A DNA stretch of 64,000 nucleotides from Macrostomum lignano (lineage: Eukaryota): NCBI GenBank assembly GCA_002269645.1, contig NIVC01002205.1:62001-126000 (forward strand), read 5' to 3'. Position 1 is the first letter of the stretch. Each line of letters begins with the position of its first letter. Below the pieces are notes generated by a model. The model saw nothing but the letters and a program-made list of their open reading frames with translations, was not told where the DNA came from and did not search any database. Shown here piece after piece: positions 47,764 to 60,400 of this stretch. The position numbers and the translations under genes were made by a program.

Positions 47764-48732
47764 TTAATTTGGCGTGGCCGCCTCCTTGCTGTCCATGATG
47801 CGGCTGCAGGAGGTGCTGTCCGGCAGTGGGTCGCGCTTCTGTCTCACAATGGCCAGAACCACCTTCACAATGAGGGCGGCAATCAGAGCAGCCGTCAGCT
47901 CCACCGTCAGATCTGAGGTGACGGAGCCGGCCGCATAGTTGCCGGCAACGGAGGTGGCTAAGGCCCAGATGAGGGTGAGGTAGGGCGCGATGAAGAAGCG
48001 CAGGAAGGGGTCCAGGAAGGAGAAGTCTGCGGTGATGTAGGCGCCAAGGAGGCCGCAGAACTGGCATAGGGCCAGCAGGGAGCTGGTAGCCGCCGTGTAG
48101 CCGGTGATGTTGACGATGGCGATGTCCAGATTGAGGAAGCTGGCGATGCAGGTCCAGCCGACGTAGAAGCCGCAGGAGTTCTGCAGCAGGCCGATGACCA
48201 GCCAGTAGTGCAGCCGTAGGCCCTGCTGCCGCAGCTCAATCTTGTGGACCGACAGCCGGTTGAAGGAGAAGATCAGGCAGGCCCACAGGGAGATGGCTAG
48301 CAGGAAGAGCATGATGGTCTGTGGGATGAGGTTGTACTTGTTGTACTCCACCTTGTCCGTGACAAATATCCAGGCGATGTTGAAGCCGCTGCTGATCATG
48401 TGGCAGATCAGGAAGCCCACAGGCAGGAGGCCGGGCACGCAGCACAGTGGCTCGCCGGCCGCGTTCTTGATGAACAGCAGGCTCCAGCAGTACGCCAGCA
48501 TCACAGCCTGGTACACGTAGATCACCGCCCAGATGGTGAAGGCCCAGCCAGGCGGGGTCAGGTTGCTCTTGGTGAGGTTGGCGCGCTGAGTCCACGGGGT
48601 GGCGCTGTTGATGGAGAACAGGCCCAGCCTGTAGCCAACCTCCGAGGTGCTGAAGTAGTTGAACAGCAGCGTGAGCAGCAGCATGATAGTGGTCAGAGCC
48701 ACCAGAGTGATTTGCACGGCTTGGTGGACCAT
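47764..48732 (-). CDS. TspO-like/DUF1774-type multi-pass membrane protein, paralogue A, 322 aa, intronless
   Basis: LTPPGWAFTIWAVIY and FYVGWTCIASFLN motifs, multiple TM segments, strong GC3 codon bias, TATAAAT about 70 bp upstream. The family name is from recalled motifs. Confidence 0.85.
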   Translation of the reverse strand: MVHQAVQITLVALTTIMLLLTLLFNYFSTSEVGYRLGLFSINSATPWTQRANLTKSNLTPPGWAFTIWAVIYVYQAVMLAYCWSLLFIKNAAGEPLCCVPGLLPVGFLICHMISSGFNIAWIFVTDKVEYNKYNLIPQTIMLFLLAISLWACLIFSFNRLSVHKIELRQQGLRLHYWLVIGLLQNSCGFYVGWTCIASFLNLDIAIVNITGYTAATSSLLALCQFCGLLGAYITADFSFLDPFLRFFIAPYLTLIWALATSVAGNYAAGSVTSDLTVELTAALIAALIVKVVLAIVRQKRDPLPDSTSCSRIMDSKEAATPN

Positions 48733-49344
48733 GTTTGCGTTGGGCTTGGCTCTGAAATTGGGTAGGTGAAAAACGACTGAGTCGAGAGGCGCCCTCCGTA
48801 TTTATACTCAACTGCACGGAGCGCGTGGCTCATTCTCTGGGAGTGGGGTGGGGCCTTGAGCAGTCCTCGGGGGCCTGATTATTTGAAACAACGATTCGCC
48901 TGGTCACACGGCCCGCGCAGCTAAAGGGGCAGGGAGTGCAGAGGGGGTGAGGCCTCGCAGCACGCATCCACAGAGTGCCCATCTAATGCAGGCTCTCGGC
49001 GAGAAAAGTGTAATTACAATTCAAATCTGGCCGTCCTCGCCATTCGTTCTCTGCTGGCGCTAAAAAAGGCCTTATTTTTGTTCTTTAGATTTCTTCGGCT
49101 TTCCTTGTTAGACGCAGCTCTCTAAGTGCAAGCGCATCTTTAAATTTATTTTCGCTTGCTGTCTAATAGCCAGAAACAATTCAGCTCTGCAGGTTTGAGA
49201 AGTGAACATAGTTAGCGTATTATAGAGTTCACTCTGTGCTCTAAAAGCAGCGCAAAATACCAAACATAAAATGCAGGTTTGACTGGCACCAACAACATTT
49301 GGAAGTAGCTAACTCTTTGTATGACCTTTATGTGTCATGCCATA

Positions 49345-49806
49345 ATCATGACAGGTCATTGATTTCCGCCTGTCATTCACCTGTCATCAATCAGCTTTTT
49401 GTCTCATTTACCTGTCATCAATCAGCTTTCTGTCTCATTTACCTGTCATCAATCAGCTTTCTGTCTCATTTACCTGTCATCAATCAGCTTTCTGTCTCAT
49501 TTACCTGTCATCAATCAGCTTTCTGTCTCATTCACCTGTCATCAACTAGCATTCTGTCTGTCATTCATCTGTCATCAACAAGCTTCTCGTCTTTCATTCA
49601 CCTGTCATCAACTAGCATTCTGCTTGTCATTCACCTGTCATCAACAAGCTTCTCGTCTTTAATTCACCTGTCATCAACTAGCATTCTGTCTGTCATTCAT
49701 CTGTCATCAACAAGCTTCTCGTCTTTCATTCACCTGTCATCAACAAGCTTTCTGTCTGTCATTCATCTGTTATCAACTATAGCTTTCTGTCTGTCATTCA
49801 CCTGTC
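49345..49806. repeat. 31-bp minisatellite (ACCTGTCATCAATCAGCTTTCTGTCTCATTT), diverging distally
   Basis: Read directly; lies between the two paralogues. Confidence 0.9.
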
Positions 49807-50151
49807 TTCAGGAGGAGAGAGGACACAAGAGGATGTGAACAGATGGGAGAGAGTAGGGAGAGATGAGATTTAAAAAAATAAATAACTTAAAAGTAGCACA
49901 GTCTGAAACATTTAATTTTGGACTTGCGTTCATAAATAAACTGTTAAATTATATATATATATATATTTCGCTTTTTAGGACAAAGCGGTGTTTGTAAGAC
50001 AAAGATTGCAATTGCAAGTGCAGTTAATATTAAAGACACGAGCTACACAGTGTGGATAGGTCTGTAGTCCATGGTTAGATAACCAAGAGAAAATTCGTGT
50101 TTATTTCAGTGATTTTTAACAAAGCCAGAGCCGGCTGCACTCGCAGCTGAT

Positions 50152-51117
50152 CTAAGAAGCCTTCTCAAAGCTCCCGTCATACGCGCCGCCGTGGCCACTG
50201 CCGGGCATCGGCAGGGGATTCCTCTTCTGCCTGATGACGGCCAGAACCGACTTGGCGATGATGACCAGCGCCAGGGCGACCGCCAGCTCCAGAGTGACTT
50301 TGGTCACAGCCGAGGCCGGGCTGTAGCTGGCGCCGACGCCTGTGGCCACGGCCCACAGCAGGGTCAGGTAGGGCCCGAAGAAGAAGCGCAGGTGGGGGTC
50401 CAGGATGGACAGGTCGGCGGTGACGTAGGCGGCCAGCAGAGCGAACAGCTGACAGAGGCACAGCAGCGAGCTGCTGGTGACTGGCCAGTCGGCCAGGTTG
50501 ATGATGGCGTTGTCGATGTTGATGAAGAGGGCGATCCACGCCCAGCCGGCGTAGAAGCCGCAGGCGTTCTGCTGCAGGCCGATGACCAGCCAGTAGTGCG
50601 GCAGCAGGCCCTCCTGCTGTAACCGGAGCCTTCCCAGCCACAGCTGGCGGATGGAGACGATCACTCCAACGCTGAGCGACACGGCCAGCGCGAGCATCAC
50701 GAAGATCAGGACGATAAGAAAGTATTTGCGGTCAGTTCTGTCGGCCAGCAGGACAAAGGCGGTGTTGAAGACGCTGCTGAGCAAGTGGCAGACCAGGTAG
50801 CCCACGGGCAGCAGGCCAGGCACGCAGCACAGCGGCTGGCCTCGGCTGGTGCTGCGGAACAGCAGGCTCCAGCAGTAAGCCAGCATGCACACCTGGTACA
50901 GGTAGATGAAGCCCCACACACCGAAGGCGTACTCGGGCGGGTTCAGGCCGCTCTGGGTCAGGTTGTTGCGGTTGTCCCACACGCTGCCGCTAGAGTTGGA
51001 GAAGATGCCCAGACTGCGGCCCAGCGAAGAGAAGCTCAGGAAGTTGAAGGCGAAGGTGACGAGCATGAGGGCTGTGGTCACCGTCATCAGGACGATGCGA
51101 GAGACCCGACTCGACAT
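50152..51117 (-). CDS. TspO-like/DUF1774-type multi-pass membrane protein, paralogue B, 321 aa, intronless
   Basis: Collinear with paralogue A (MLAYCWSLLF, PLCCVPGLLPVG, HYWLVIGL.QN.CGFY.GW, LDP.LRFF..PYLTL, RQKR.PLP). Confidence 0.85.
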   Translation of the reverse strand: MSSRVSRIVLMTVTTALMLVTFAFNFLSFSSLGRSLGIFSNSSGSVWDNRNNLTQSGLNPPEYAFGVWGFIYLYQVCMLAYCWSLLFRSTSRGQPLCCVPGLLPVGYLVCHLLSSVFNTAFVLLADRTDRKYFLIVLIFVMLALAVSLSVGVIVSIRQLWLGRLRLQQEGLLPHYWLVIGLQQNACGFYAGWAWIALFINIDNAIINLADWPVTSSSLLCLCQLFALLAAYVTADLSILDPHLRFFFGPYLTLLWAVATGVGASYSPASAVTKVTLELAVALALVIIAKSVLAVIRQKRNPLPMPGSGHGGAYDGSFEKAS

Positions 51118-51672
51118 GCTCCGGCTGTCCGTTCACAAGGCGAGCTGGAATGAAACCGAGACAAAATCTGAAAGACCGAATCACGTGAGACCAGCTAACA
51201 TATAAAGCCCCAGAAAGCACTGACAACCGAGTGACCTTGAAGAGAAGTTTCGCTCTCCGCAGCGGAGAAGTGTAGAGAAATGTGAGTACAATGGCTGAGC
51301 ACACTCTCTAACGCGCCAAGCAGCCTGCGCGTGGTTTAATTTGAGCAATGACTGCTCAAGAGTACTTCTCAGGCTATCTGAGGCAGCACTAAATAGAGTG
51401 CAGCTACATGTAAATTATACAGCCGACAAACTTCTAAGCGCGTTGTTCACGCTGAACTAAAATGTTCTACCGTATGAGGCGGGATTAACGAACGAACCGA
51501 TTAGCAGGAGTTAACGGTCGGCAGGAGTTCACGACAAACTGATAAGACTCGCTGCGACTAATGCGACCCGCAATCGTCAAGAAATGATATTGGTTAGGAC
51601 AAAACAGCTGACCGGACGAAGATTGCAAGCAATAAATAAGTAAACGAGGAGAAAAACTGTGGATTTAATTTA

Positions 51673-51710
51673 GCTCGAGCGCTTTCGGCGTGTTTGCCTT
51701 CTTCAGGAGC
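51673..51710 (-). ncRNA. Minimal type I hammerhead ribozyme (Penelope pLTR/retrozyme type)
   Basis: Minus strand GCTC-CTGAAGA-A-GGC-AAACAC-GCC-GAAA-GCGC-TC-GAGC: stem I GCUC/GAGC, intact CUGANGA and GAAA core, stem II GGC/GCC, palindromic stem III AGCGCU, UC cleavage site. Confidence 0.8.
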
Positions 51711-51955
51711 AAAATTAGTAAAGAGTCTAGAGTGTGGCGAGTGTATTTGTATATATAATAGTAAAAATACACTATAAACTGTCGTTCACCGGCCTAATTG
51801 TCACTACGTATCGCGCCAAATCTGCTGGGTTTTCAGATGTTTTGACGCAAAAAACGCAAATTATACTACTATCTGAAAATGAAGTAAGTAGTATACAAAA
51901 ACGCTATCCTAAGCGTGATATGGCAATATGTAGTCGTAATAACCATGTGCTCATA

Positions 51956-52112
51956 TTAATTCCATGTACATTAATCCCTATCTATCTCAAATTGTACATT
52001 AATTCCATGTACATTAATCCCTATCTATCTCAAATTGTACATTAATTCCATGTACATTAATCCCTATCTATCTCAAATTGTACATTAATTCCATGTACAT
52101 TAATCCCTATCC
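51956..52112. repeat. 43-bp tandem repeat in the left arm (3 full units + partial; 2 full + partial in the right arm)
   Basis: Unit ATTAATTCCATGTACATTAATCCCTATCTATCTCAAATTGTAC. Confidence 0.9.
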
Positions 52113-53229
52113 CAAATTGTCTATCCCCAATTCTACATGTACACTCACATTAATCTACAGTGTCATCCCCAGCGCGCGCACACCCAAGATTACAACTCGA
52201 AACCCTACTACATGTACAATATCATCCAAATGAGTCAACACCCAAGTTTTAAAAACCACGTTATATACATATTCCTATTTATATGTCAATTATTCAAAAC
52301 CTACATGTAGCTGATTACACTACTACCTTTAGTAGAGTTACAAATCAAGATTCTATTGAAAAAGACTGTATTCATATAGTTTCACATTGGAAAAGCGTAT
52401 ATTTTTTTCATTTCAATAATTGAAAAAGAGAGCAAAAACAGTAAGAGACAACAGCAAGTTGAGACTTAATTATAGCCTGTACTACCAAACCCTCCTGCAC
52501 CGCGAATTGAGTGGGTGTGGGAGGCCTCCTCATCGCCATTCCCTCTAGTATATCCTCACCCCTCGAAGCCCCTATACTGAATGTTGAATCACCCTTTAAC
52601 TCGGACCATAGTCAAATTCAACCCTGTTCGAAAACAGCCACCCCTCCGATGTTTACCAGACACAGCGCAGACCCCATAACAAATCGAGCTAAATTTTAAC
52701 ACTCGCCCCTGTTTTCTCTGTCCCCCCCTTCTAAATGCCAAGGAATTTCGACCCTCTCTCCATTTTCAGTGTACAGACAGACCTTTCCACAGCACAGACC
52801 CTATATTAAACTTCAAAACCCCTCTCTTCTCCGATTACGTCATCCATGCCGCCCCAGTTAGCAAGAAACCAACTTTTAATGCACACATCAACCCCGCGAG
52901 CAAATCCGAGTCCGCCAACCTCTACCTGCATTGACAAACCCCAGCTGCATTTGTAAATGTACACAGCCTATGTATGAATCAGTGTCTCCACCGCATGCAA
53001 TTCTGATTTACTTGATTCTAAACTTTGTAAATAGTATAAGTCACCCTTGCGTTTACTAGAAGTAGTGAAGTCCACATATTTAAATACGTGAGGCTATTCA
53101 ATTCTGCCTCTCCGCCTCCCCTACCTTCTCACTTCAAGCTTTCAGACTTGGTCTTTGAGACGGTCGGTTTAATCTGTTAGAAGCAGGAATTAATCATGCA
53201 CTGACCTCTCCATACAAAGTAAAGTTGGA

Positions 53230-54400
53230 ATTTCAGACAAGAAATTTGGTTATTTTGAAAGCTAAATGACTAGAAATGCACATTTTTTTCATTAAAATGC
53301 AGCTTTTCACAGTTTTTTTTACGATTTTAACCTTAAAATGCAGACTTTGTTGATCAAAATCAGTAGTTTCATCACTAGAAACCATACTTTCAACAGCTAA
53401 TTTGTCCAAATGTCGCTTTCAACTTGACCTTAGACTGCTTTTAAGCAGGAATGAACCCCACACAAACATCCACAAGCCAGCCCAAAATCATCCAAAGACA
53501 TGGCTATTGAAGCCTAAATTGCTAGAAATGCGCATTTTTTTCATAAGAAAATACAAATTTTCACAGTTTTTATGCATTTTTACGTTAAAATGCAGACTTT
53601 ATTGATCAAAATCAGTAGTTTCATCACTAGAAACCATACTTTCAGCAACTAATTTGTCCAAATATCGCTTTCAACTTGACCTTAGACAGCTTTTAAGCAG
53701 GAATAACCCCCACGAACATACACAAGCTAGCCCAAAATCATCCAAAGACGGCTGTTGAAGACTAAATTGCTAGAAATGAGCATTTTTTCATAAGAAAACA
53801 CAAATTTTCACAGTTTTTACGCATTTTTTACGTTAAAATGCAGACTTTATTGATCAAAATCAGTAATTCATCACTAAAAACCACAATTTTAACACAAAAT
53901 TATCACAAATGCTACTTCTGGAACTCTGAGACAGCTTTGAGCAGGAATTATAATCGCACACGGATTACCCGAGCCAGTCCAATATTCCACTGAAGCCAGG
54001 GTTTTTTAAAGCTGAATTGTTAGAATTGCTCATTCTTTCGTTTAATAAATGACAATTTTCACAGTTTTATTATTTTCTAACGTTAAAATGCGAAATGTAT
54101 TGGTCAAACTTAGTAGTTTCATCCCAAAAAGCCATAATTTCAACCGCTAATTTGTCCAAATGCTGATTTCAAAGTTGGCAAGAGACAGCTTTCGAGCAGG
54201 AATGAGTCACACACTGATCTCCATATGCACACCCCGGCCCAAGTTGGAATTCCACCCAAGACATTTTCATTGAAAGCTAAATTACTAGAAATTGCACATT
54301 TTCGTTTTAAAAAGGTCAATTTTCACAGTTTTTACTCTTTTTAACGTTAAAATGCTGACTTTATTGAACAAAATTAATCACTTCATCAGCAGAAACCATA
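53230..54400. repeat. Five diverged about 250-bp tandem modules inside the palindrome arm (mirrored at about 58725-59895)
   Basis: Anchor TTTTCACAGTTTT with its C at 53308, 53562, 53809, 54060 and 54324. Confidence 0.85.
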
Positions 54401-57400
54401 ATTTTTACAACTTAATGCTGTTTCATCATTCAAATGTATGTATTTGGTACGTGTAATACCCCTCAAGAAGTCAGGGAAGGGATTATTCTTGAATATAGGG
54501 TTAAAACGTAAAGTTTGCTATAAACCTAGCTATAATAATTTTAACATATACAGTCTGCGAAGCGGTCCGTTGATTTCGATTGACATTTAAACTGTCCCTC
54601 CCAGACCTCTCTCTCTCCTTCTGCACCCACCGAGAAAAGTGACTCATGCGGCAATCAGCTGGACAGGTTTTATTACTGAATTGGCAAAACAGCCAACACC
54701 CAATGGTCATATTAGACTCGTCTTCACAGCACAGACCCATGTAGAACAGAACCACTCGTCCCTGTCTCTCTGACCTTACCATTTCTAACTGTCAAGGAAT
54801 TCCGACCCTCCCTCTCCAATTTCAGTGTACAAACAGATATTTTCACAGCACAGACTCATATATTGAGCCTCCTCCAACCAAAACCCTATCTTGATTACGT
54901 CATCCACCTCCCCATAGGAGCAGTTAGCAAGAAACAAAATTTTTCGATGCACATATGAACACTGTGAACCATGCAAAATCGCACATCTACGGGTCGATTT
55001 TGATTGACAATTTAATACCTTTTGTTGATGCTGCTGTGTACAGTAGTCTTATTTCCGAAGCTCCTAGCAGTCATCTTTTAGATGTGGTGAATCAGTGTTG
55101 TTTTTGCCAACTTTACATCTTGATTCATCCTCCAAATTCTTCAACTCTGACCATATTCAATAATTTAACCCATGCAAGTAGATTTGCCAATTCGCCAAAT
55201 TAGCCAATACGAATGGGGCCAGAGGACCCACCCAAATCGAGCCCTTGTCTCTCTCAGGCCTCTCTCTCCTACACATACCCCAGAAAAGTGACTCATGAGG
55301 CAATCAGTTTAACAGGTTCAGTATACTGAATTGGCAAAACAGCAAACACCCAATGGTCAATGGACTCGTCTTCGCAGCACAGACCATTTTGAATAAAGCC
55401 AAAACACACATACACCCCTATTCTCTGACCAAACCTTTCCATTTCTAGTTGTCAACGAAATTCGACCGGCCTCTCTCTCAATCCCAATGTACATTTTGAC
55501 GAAGCAAGCAGATCTTTTCACAGCACGGACCCAGCCTCCCCCAACCAAAGCCCTATCTCTGATTACGTCATCTATACATCCCCATAGAAGCAGTTAGCAA
55601 GAAAAAAATTCGATGCGCATATATGAACAATGCGAACCAAGCAAATCCGCGCGTCTACCAAAGCCAACCCTACCCTGCGTGCTGTAATTGCATTTGTCAA
55701 TGTACACACCCTATGAATCAGTGTCTCCTTCTTTGGAACACACGAAGGCATTAGTCAGAAAGTTTGGATGCAATTAAAAACTCTCTCGATGCTTTGCGTA
55801 TAAACGAGTAATCGATTGAATCAATTGTACACTTGACACATTTAATTACGTGCTGCCATGCAACGGAAAGACAGGATAATGGGGTGGGTGGTCACGCAGC
55901 CTCATTCTCTCTTTCCTACTGATTTTTCATTATCTATCAATCTCAGCTCTTTCCGGGGCAACTCGCGCATTTGTGCATAGTTCCTCATCAGATTTACCAC
56001 ATGTTCATTTACATGTGATGTACATATGCAAGCGGCAGCCGATTTAAACCTGAGAAATGGTTGAAGCACTCCCCGACTATGACTAAATGCACGTACGTTC
56101 AGTCAAATACAGGAAAATTTGACACCCGTAGTATGAAGATGAAATCTTCACGAAAGCTTCACATGTTTATCTTTCTCTGTGGAAATGACGATAGTTTCTC
56201 AATAAAAATCTGTCATAGGCCCAATATAGCAGTTTAAATATTTTCACGAAAATGTCGCATTATTCAAAGAACTGATTTTTGCAAACTCTACTGTCAGTAG
56301 GAAGATGAGTTTTCATAGAGACATTTTGTAAAACATAGACTAAACTTTCAAATCATTCGTTTACACGACCAACTGTCTATATTAATGGTGGGGTTATTAT
56401 TACTTTACAGAAAAACGCATGTCCTGTGTTACGACACTGCCTAGCAACCGTATAATTTTTGCAGGTCAAGGAGCATTAATACATGAACTAACACTCCTAT
56501 TTTACATTCATTGAGAGGCGGCGGCAGCGGGCGGAGGCGGCAGTAGAGACAGGGACTGTGCTGCGCACAGTCACGGTCCGGCCACCCTCCGCCCGCTGCC
56601 GCCGCCTCTCAATGAATGTAAAATAGGAGTGTTAGTTCATGTATTAATGCTCCTTGACCTGCAAAAATTATACGGTTGCTAGGCAGTGTCGTAACACAGG
56701 ACATGCGTTTTTCTGTAAAGTAATAATAACCCCACCATTAATATAGACAGTTGGTCGTGTAAACGAATGATTTGAAAGTTTAGTCTATGTTTTACAAAAT
56801 GTCTCTATGAAAACTCATCTTCCTACTGACAGTAGAGTTTGCAAAAATCAGTTCTTTGAATAATGCGACATTTTCGTGAAAATATTTAAACTGCTATATT
56901 GGGCCTATGACAGATTTTTATTGAGAAACTATCGTCATTTCCACAGAGAAAGATAAACATGTGAAGCTTTCGTGAAGATTTCATCTTCATACTACGGGTG
57001 TCAAATTTTCCTGTATTTGACTGAACGTACGTGCATTTAGTCATAGTCGGGGGAGTGCTTCAACCATTTCTCAGGTTTAAATCGGCTGCCGCTTGCATAT
57101 GTACATCACATGTAAATGAACATGTGGTAAATCTGATGAGGAACTATGCACAAATGCGCGAGTTGCCCCGGAAAGAGCTGAGATTGATAGATAATGAAAA
57201 ATCAGTAGGAAAGAGAGAATGAGGCTGCGTGACCACCCACCCCATTATCCTGTCTTTCCGTTGCATGGCAGCACGTAATTAAATGTGTCAAGTGTACAAT
57301 TGATTCAATCGATTACTCGTTTATACGCAAAGCATCGAGAGAGTTTTTAATTGCATCCAAACTTTCTGACTAATGCCTTCGTGTGTTCCAAAGAAGGAGA

Positions 57401-60400
57401 CACTGATTCATAGGGTGTGTACATTGACAAATGCAATTACAGCACGCAGGGTAGGGTTGGCTTTGGTAGACGCGCGGATTTGCTTGGTTCGCATTGTTCA
57501 TATATGCGCATCGAATTTTTTTCTTGCTAACTGCTTCTATGGGGATGTATAGATGACGTAATCAGAGATAGGGCTTTGGTTGGGGGAGGCTGGGTCCGTG
57601 CTGTGAAAAGATCTGCTTGCTTCGTCAAAATGTACATTGGGATTGAGAGAGAGGCCGGTCGAATTTCGTTGACAACTAGAAATGGAAAGGTTTGGTCAGA
57701 GAATAGGGGTGTATGTGTGTTTTGGCTTTATTCAAAATGGTCTGTGCTGCGAAGACGAGTCCATTGACCATTGGGTGTTTGCTGTTTTGCCAATTCAGTA
57801 TACTGAACCTGTTAAACTGATTGCCTCATGAGTCACTTTTCTGGGGTATGTGTAGGAGAGAGAGGCCTGAGAGAGACAAGGGCTCGATTTGGGTGGGTCC
57901 TCTGGCCCCATTCGTATTGGCTAATTTGGCGAATTGGCAAATCTACTTGCATGGGTTAAATTATTGAATATGGTCAGAGTTGAAGAATTTGGAGGATGAA
58001 TCAAGATGTAAAGTTGGCAAAAACAACACTGATTCACCACATCTAAAAGATGACTGCTAGGAGCTTCGGAAATAAGACTACTGTACACAGCAGCATCAAC
58101 AAAAGGTATTAAATTGTCAATCAAAATCGACCCGTAGATGTGCGATTTTGCATGGTTCACAGTGTTCATATGTGCATCGAAAAATTTTGTTTCTTGCTAA
58201 CTGCTCCTATGGGGGAGGTGGATGACGTAATCAAGATAGGGTTTTGGTTGGAGGAGGCTCAATATATGAGTCTGTGCTGTGAAAATATCTGTTTGTACAC
58301 TGAAATTGGAGAGGGAGGGTCGGAATTCCTTGACAGTTAGAAATGGTAAGGTCAGAGAGACAGGGACGAGTGGTTCTGTTCTACATGGGTCTGTGCTGTG
58401 AAGACGAGTCTAATATGACCATTGGGTGTTGGCTGTTTTGCCAATTCAGTAATAAAACCTGTCCAGCTGATTGCCGCATGAGTCACTTTTCTCGGTGGGT
58501 GCAGAAGGAGAGAGAGAGGTCTGGGAGGGACAGTTTAAATGTCAATCGAAATCAACGGACCGCTTCGCAGACTGTATATGTTAAAATTATTATAGCTAGG
58601 TTTATAGCAAACTTTACGTTTTAACCCTATATTCAAGAATAATCCCTTCCCTGACTTCTTGAGGGGTATTACACGTACCAAATACATACATTTGAATGAT
58701 GAAACAGCATTAAGTTGTAAAAATTATGGTTTCTGCTGATGAAGTGATTAATTTTGTTCAATAAAGTCAGCATTTTAACGTTAAAAAGAGTAAAAACTGT
58801 GAAAATTGACCTTTTTAAAACGAAAATGTGCAATTTCTAGTAATTTAGCTTTCAATGAAAATGTCTTGGGTGGAATTCCAACTTGGGCCGGGGTGTGCAT
58901 ATGGAGATCAGTGTGTGACTCATTCCTGCTCGAAAGCTGTCTCTTGCCAACTTTGAAATCAGCATTTGGACAAATTAGCGGTTGAAATTATGGCTTTTTG
59001 GGATGAAACTACTAAGTTTGACCAATACATTTCGCATTTTAACGTTAGAAAATAATAAAACTGTGAAAATTGTCATTTATTAAACGAAAGAATGAGCAAT
59101 TCTAACAATTCAGCTTTAAAAAACCCTGGCTTCAGTGGAATATTGGACTGGCTCGGGTAATCCGTGTGCGATTATAATTCCTGCTCAAAGCTGTCTCAGA
59201 GTTCCAGAAGTAGCATTTGTGATAATTTTGTGTTAAAATTGTGGTTTTTAGTGATGAATTACTGATTTTGATCAATAAAGTCTGCATTTTAACGTAAAAA
59301 ATGCGTAAAAACTGTGAAAATTTGTGTTTTCTTATGAAAAAATGCTCATTTCTAGCAATTTAGTCTTCAACAGCCGTCTTTGGATGATTTTGGGCTAGCT
59401 TGTGTATGTTCGTGGGGGTTTATTCCTGCTTAAAAGCTGTCTAAGGTCAAGTTGAAAGCGATATTTGGACAAATTAGTTGCTGAAAGTATGGTTTCTAGT
59501 GATGAAACTACTGATTTTGATCAATAAAGTCTGCATTTTAACGTAAAAATGCATAAAAACTGTGAAAATTTGTATTTTCTTATGAAAAAAATGCGCATTT
59601 CTAGCAATTTAGGCTTCAATAGCCATGTCTTTGGATGATTTTGGGCTGGCTTGTGGATGTTTGTGTGGGGTTCATTCCTGCTTAAAAGCAGTCTAAGGTC
59701 AAGTTGAAAGCGACATTTGGACAAATTAGCTGTTGAAAGTATGGTTTCTAGTGATGAAACTACTGATTTTGATCAACAAAGTCTGCATTTTAAGGTTAAA
59801 ATCGTAAAAAAAAACTGTGAAAAGCTGCATTTTAATGAAAAAAATGTGCATTTCTAGTCATTTAGCTTTCAAAATAACCAAATTTCTTGTCTGAAATTCC
59901 AACTTTACTTTGTATGGAGAGGTCAGTGCATGATTAATTCCTGCTTCTAACAGATTAAACCGACCGTCTCAAAGACCAAGTCTGAAAGCTTGAAGTGAGA
60001 AGGTAGGGGAGGCGGAGAGGCAGAATTGAATAGCCTCACGTATTTAAATATGTGGACTTCACTACTTCTAGTAAACGCAAGGGTGACTTATACTATTTAC
60101 AAAGTTTAGAATCAAGTAAATCAGAATTGCATGCGGTGGAGACACTGATTCATACATAGGCTGTGTACATTTACAAATGCAGCTGGGGTTTGTCAATGCA
60201 GGTAGAGGTTGGCGGACTCGGATTTGCTCGCGGGGGTTGATGTGTGCATTAAAAGTTGGTTTCTTGCTAACTGGGGCGGCATGGATGACGTAATCGGAGA
60301 AGAGAGGGGTTTTGAAGTTTAATATAGGGTCTGTGCTGTGGAAAGGTCTGTCTGTACACTGAAAATGGAGAGAGGGTCGAAATTCCTTGGCATTTAGAAG

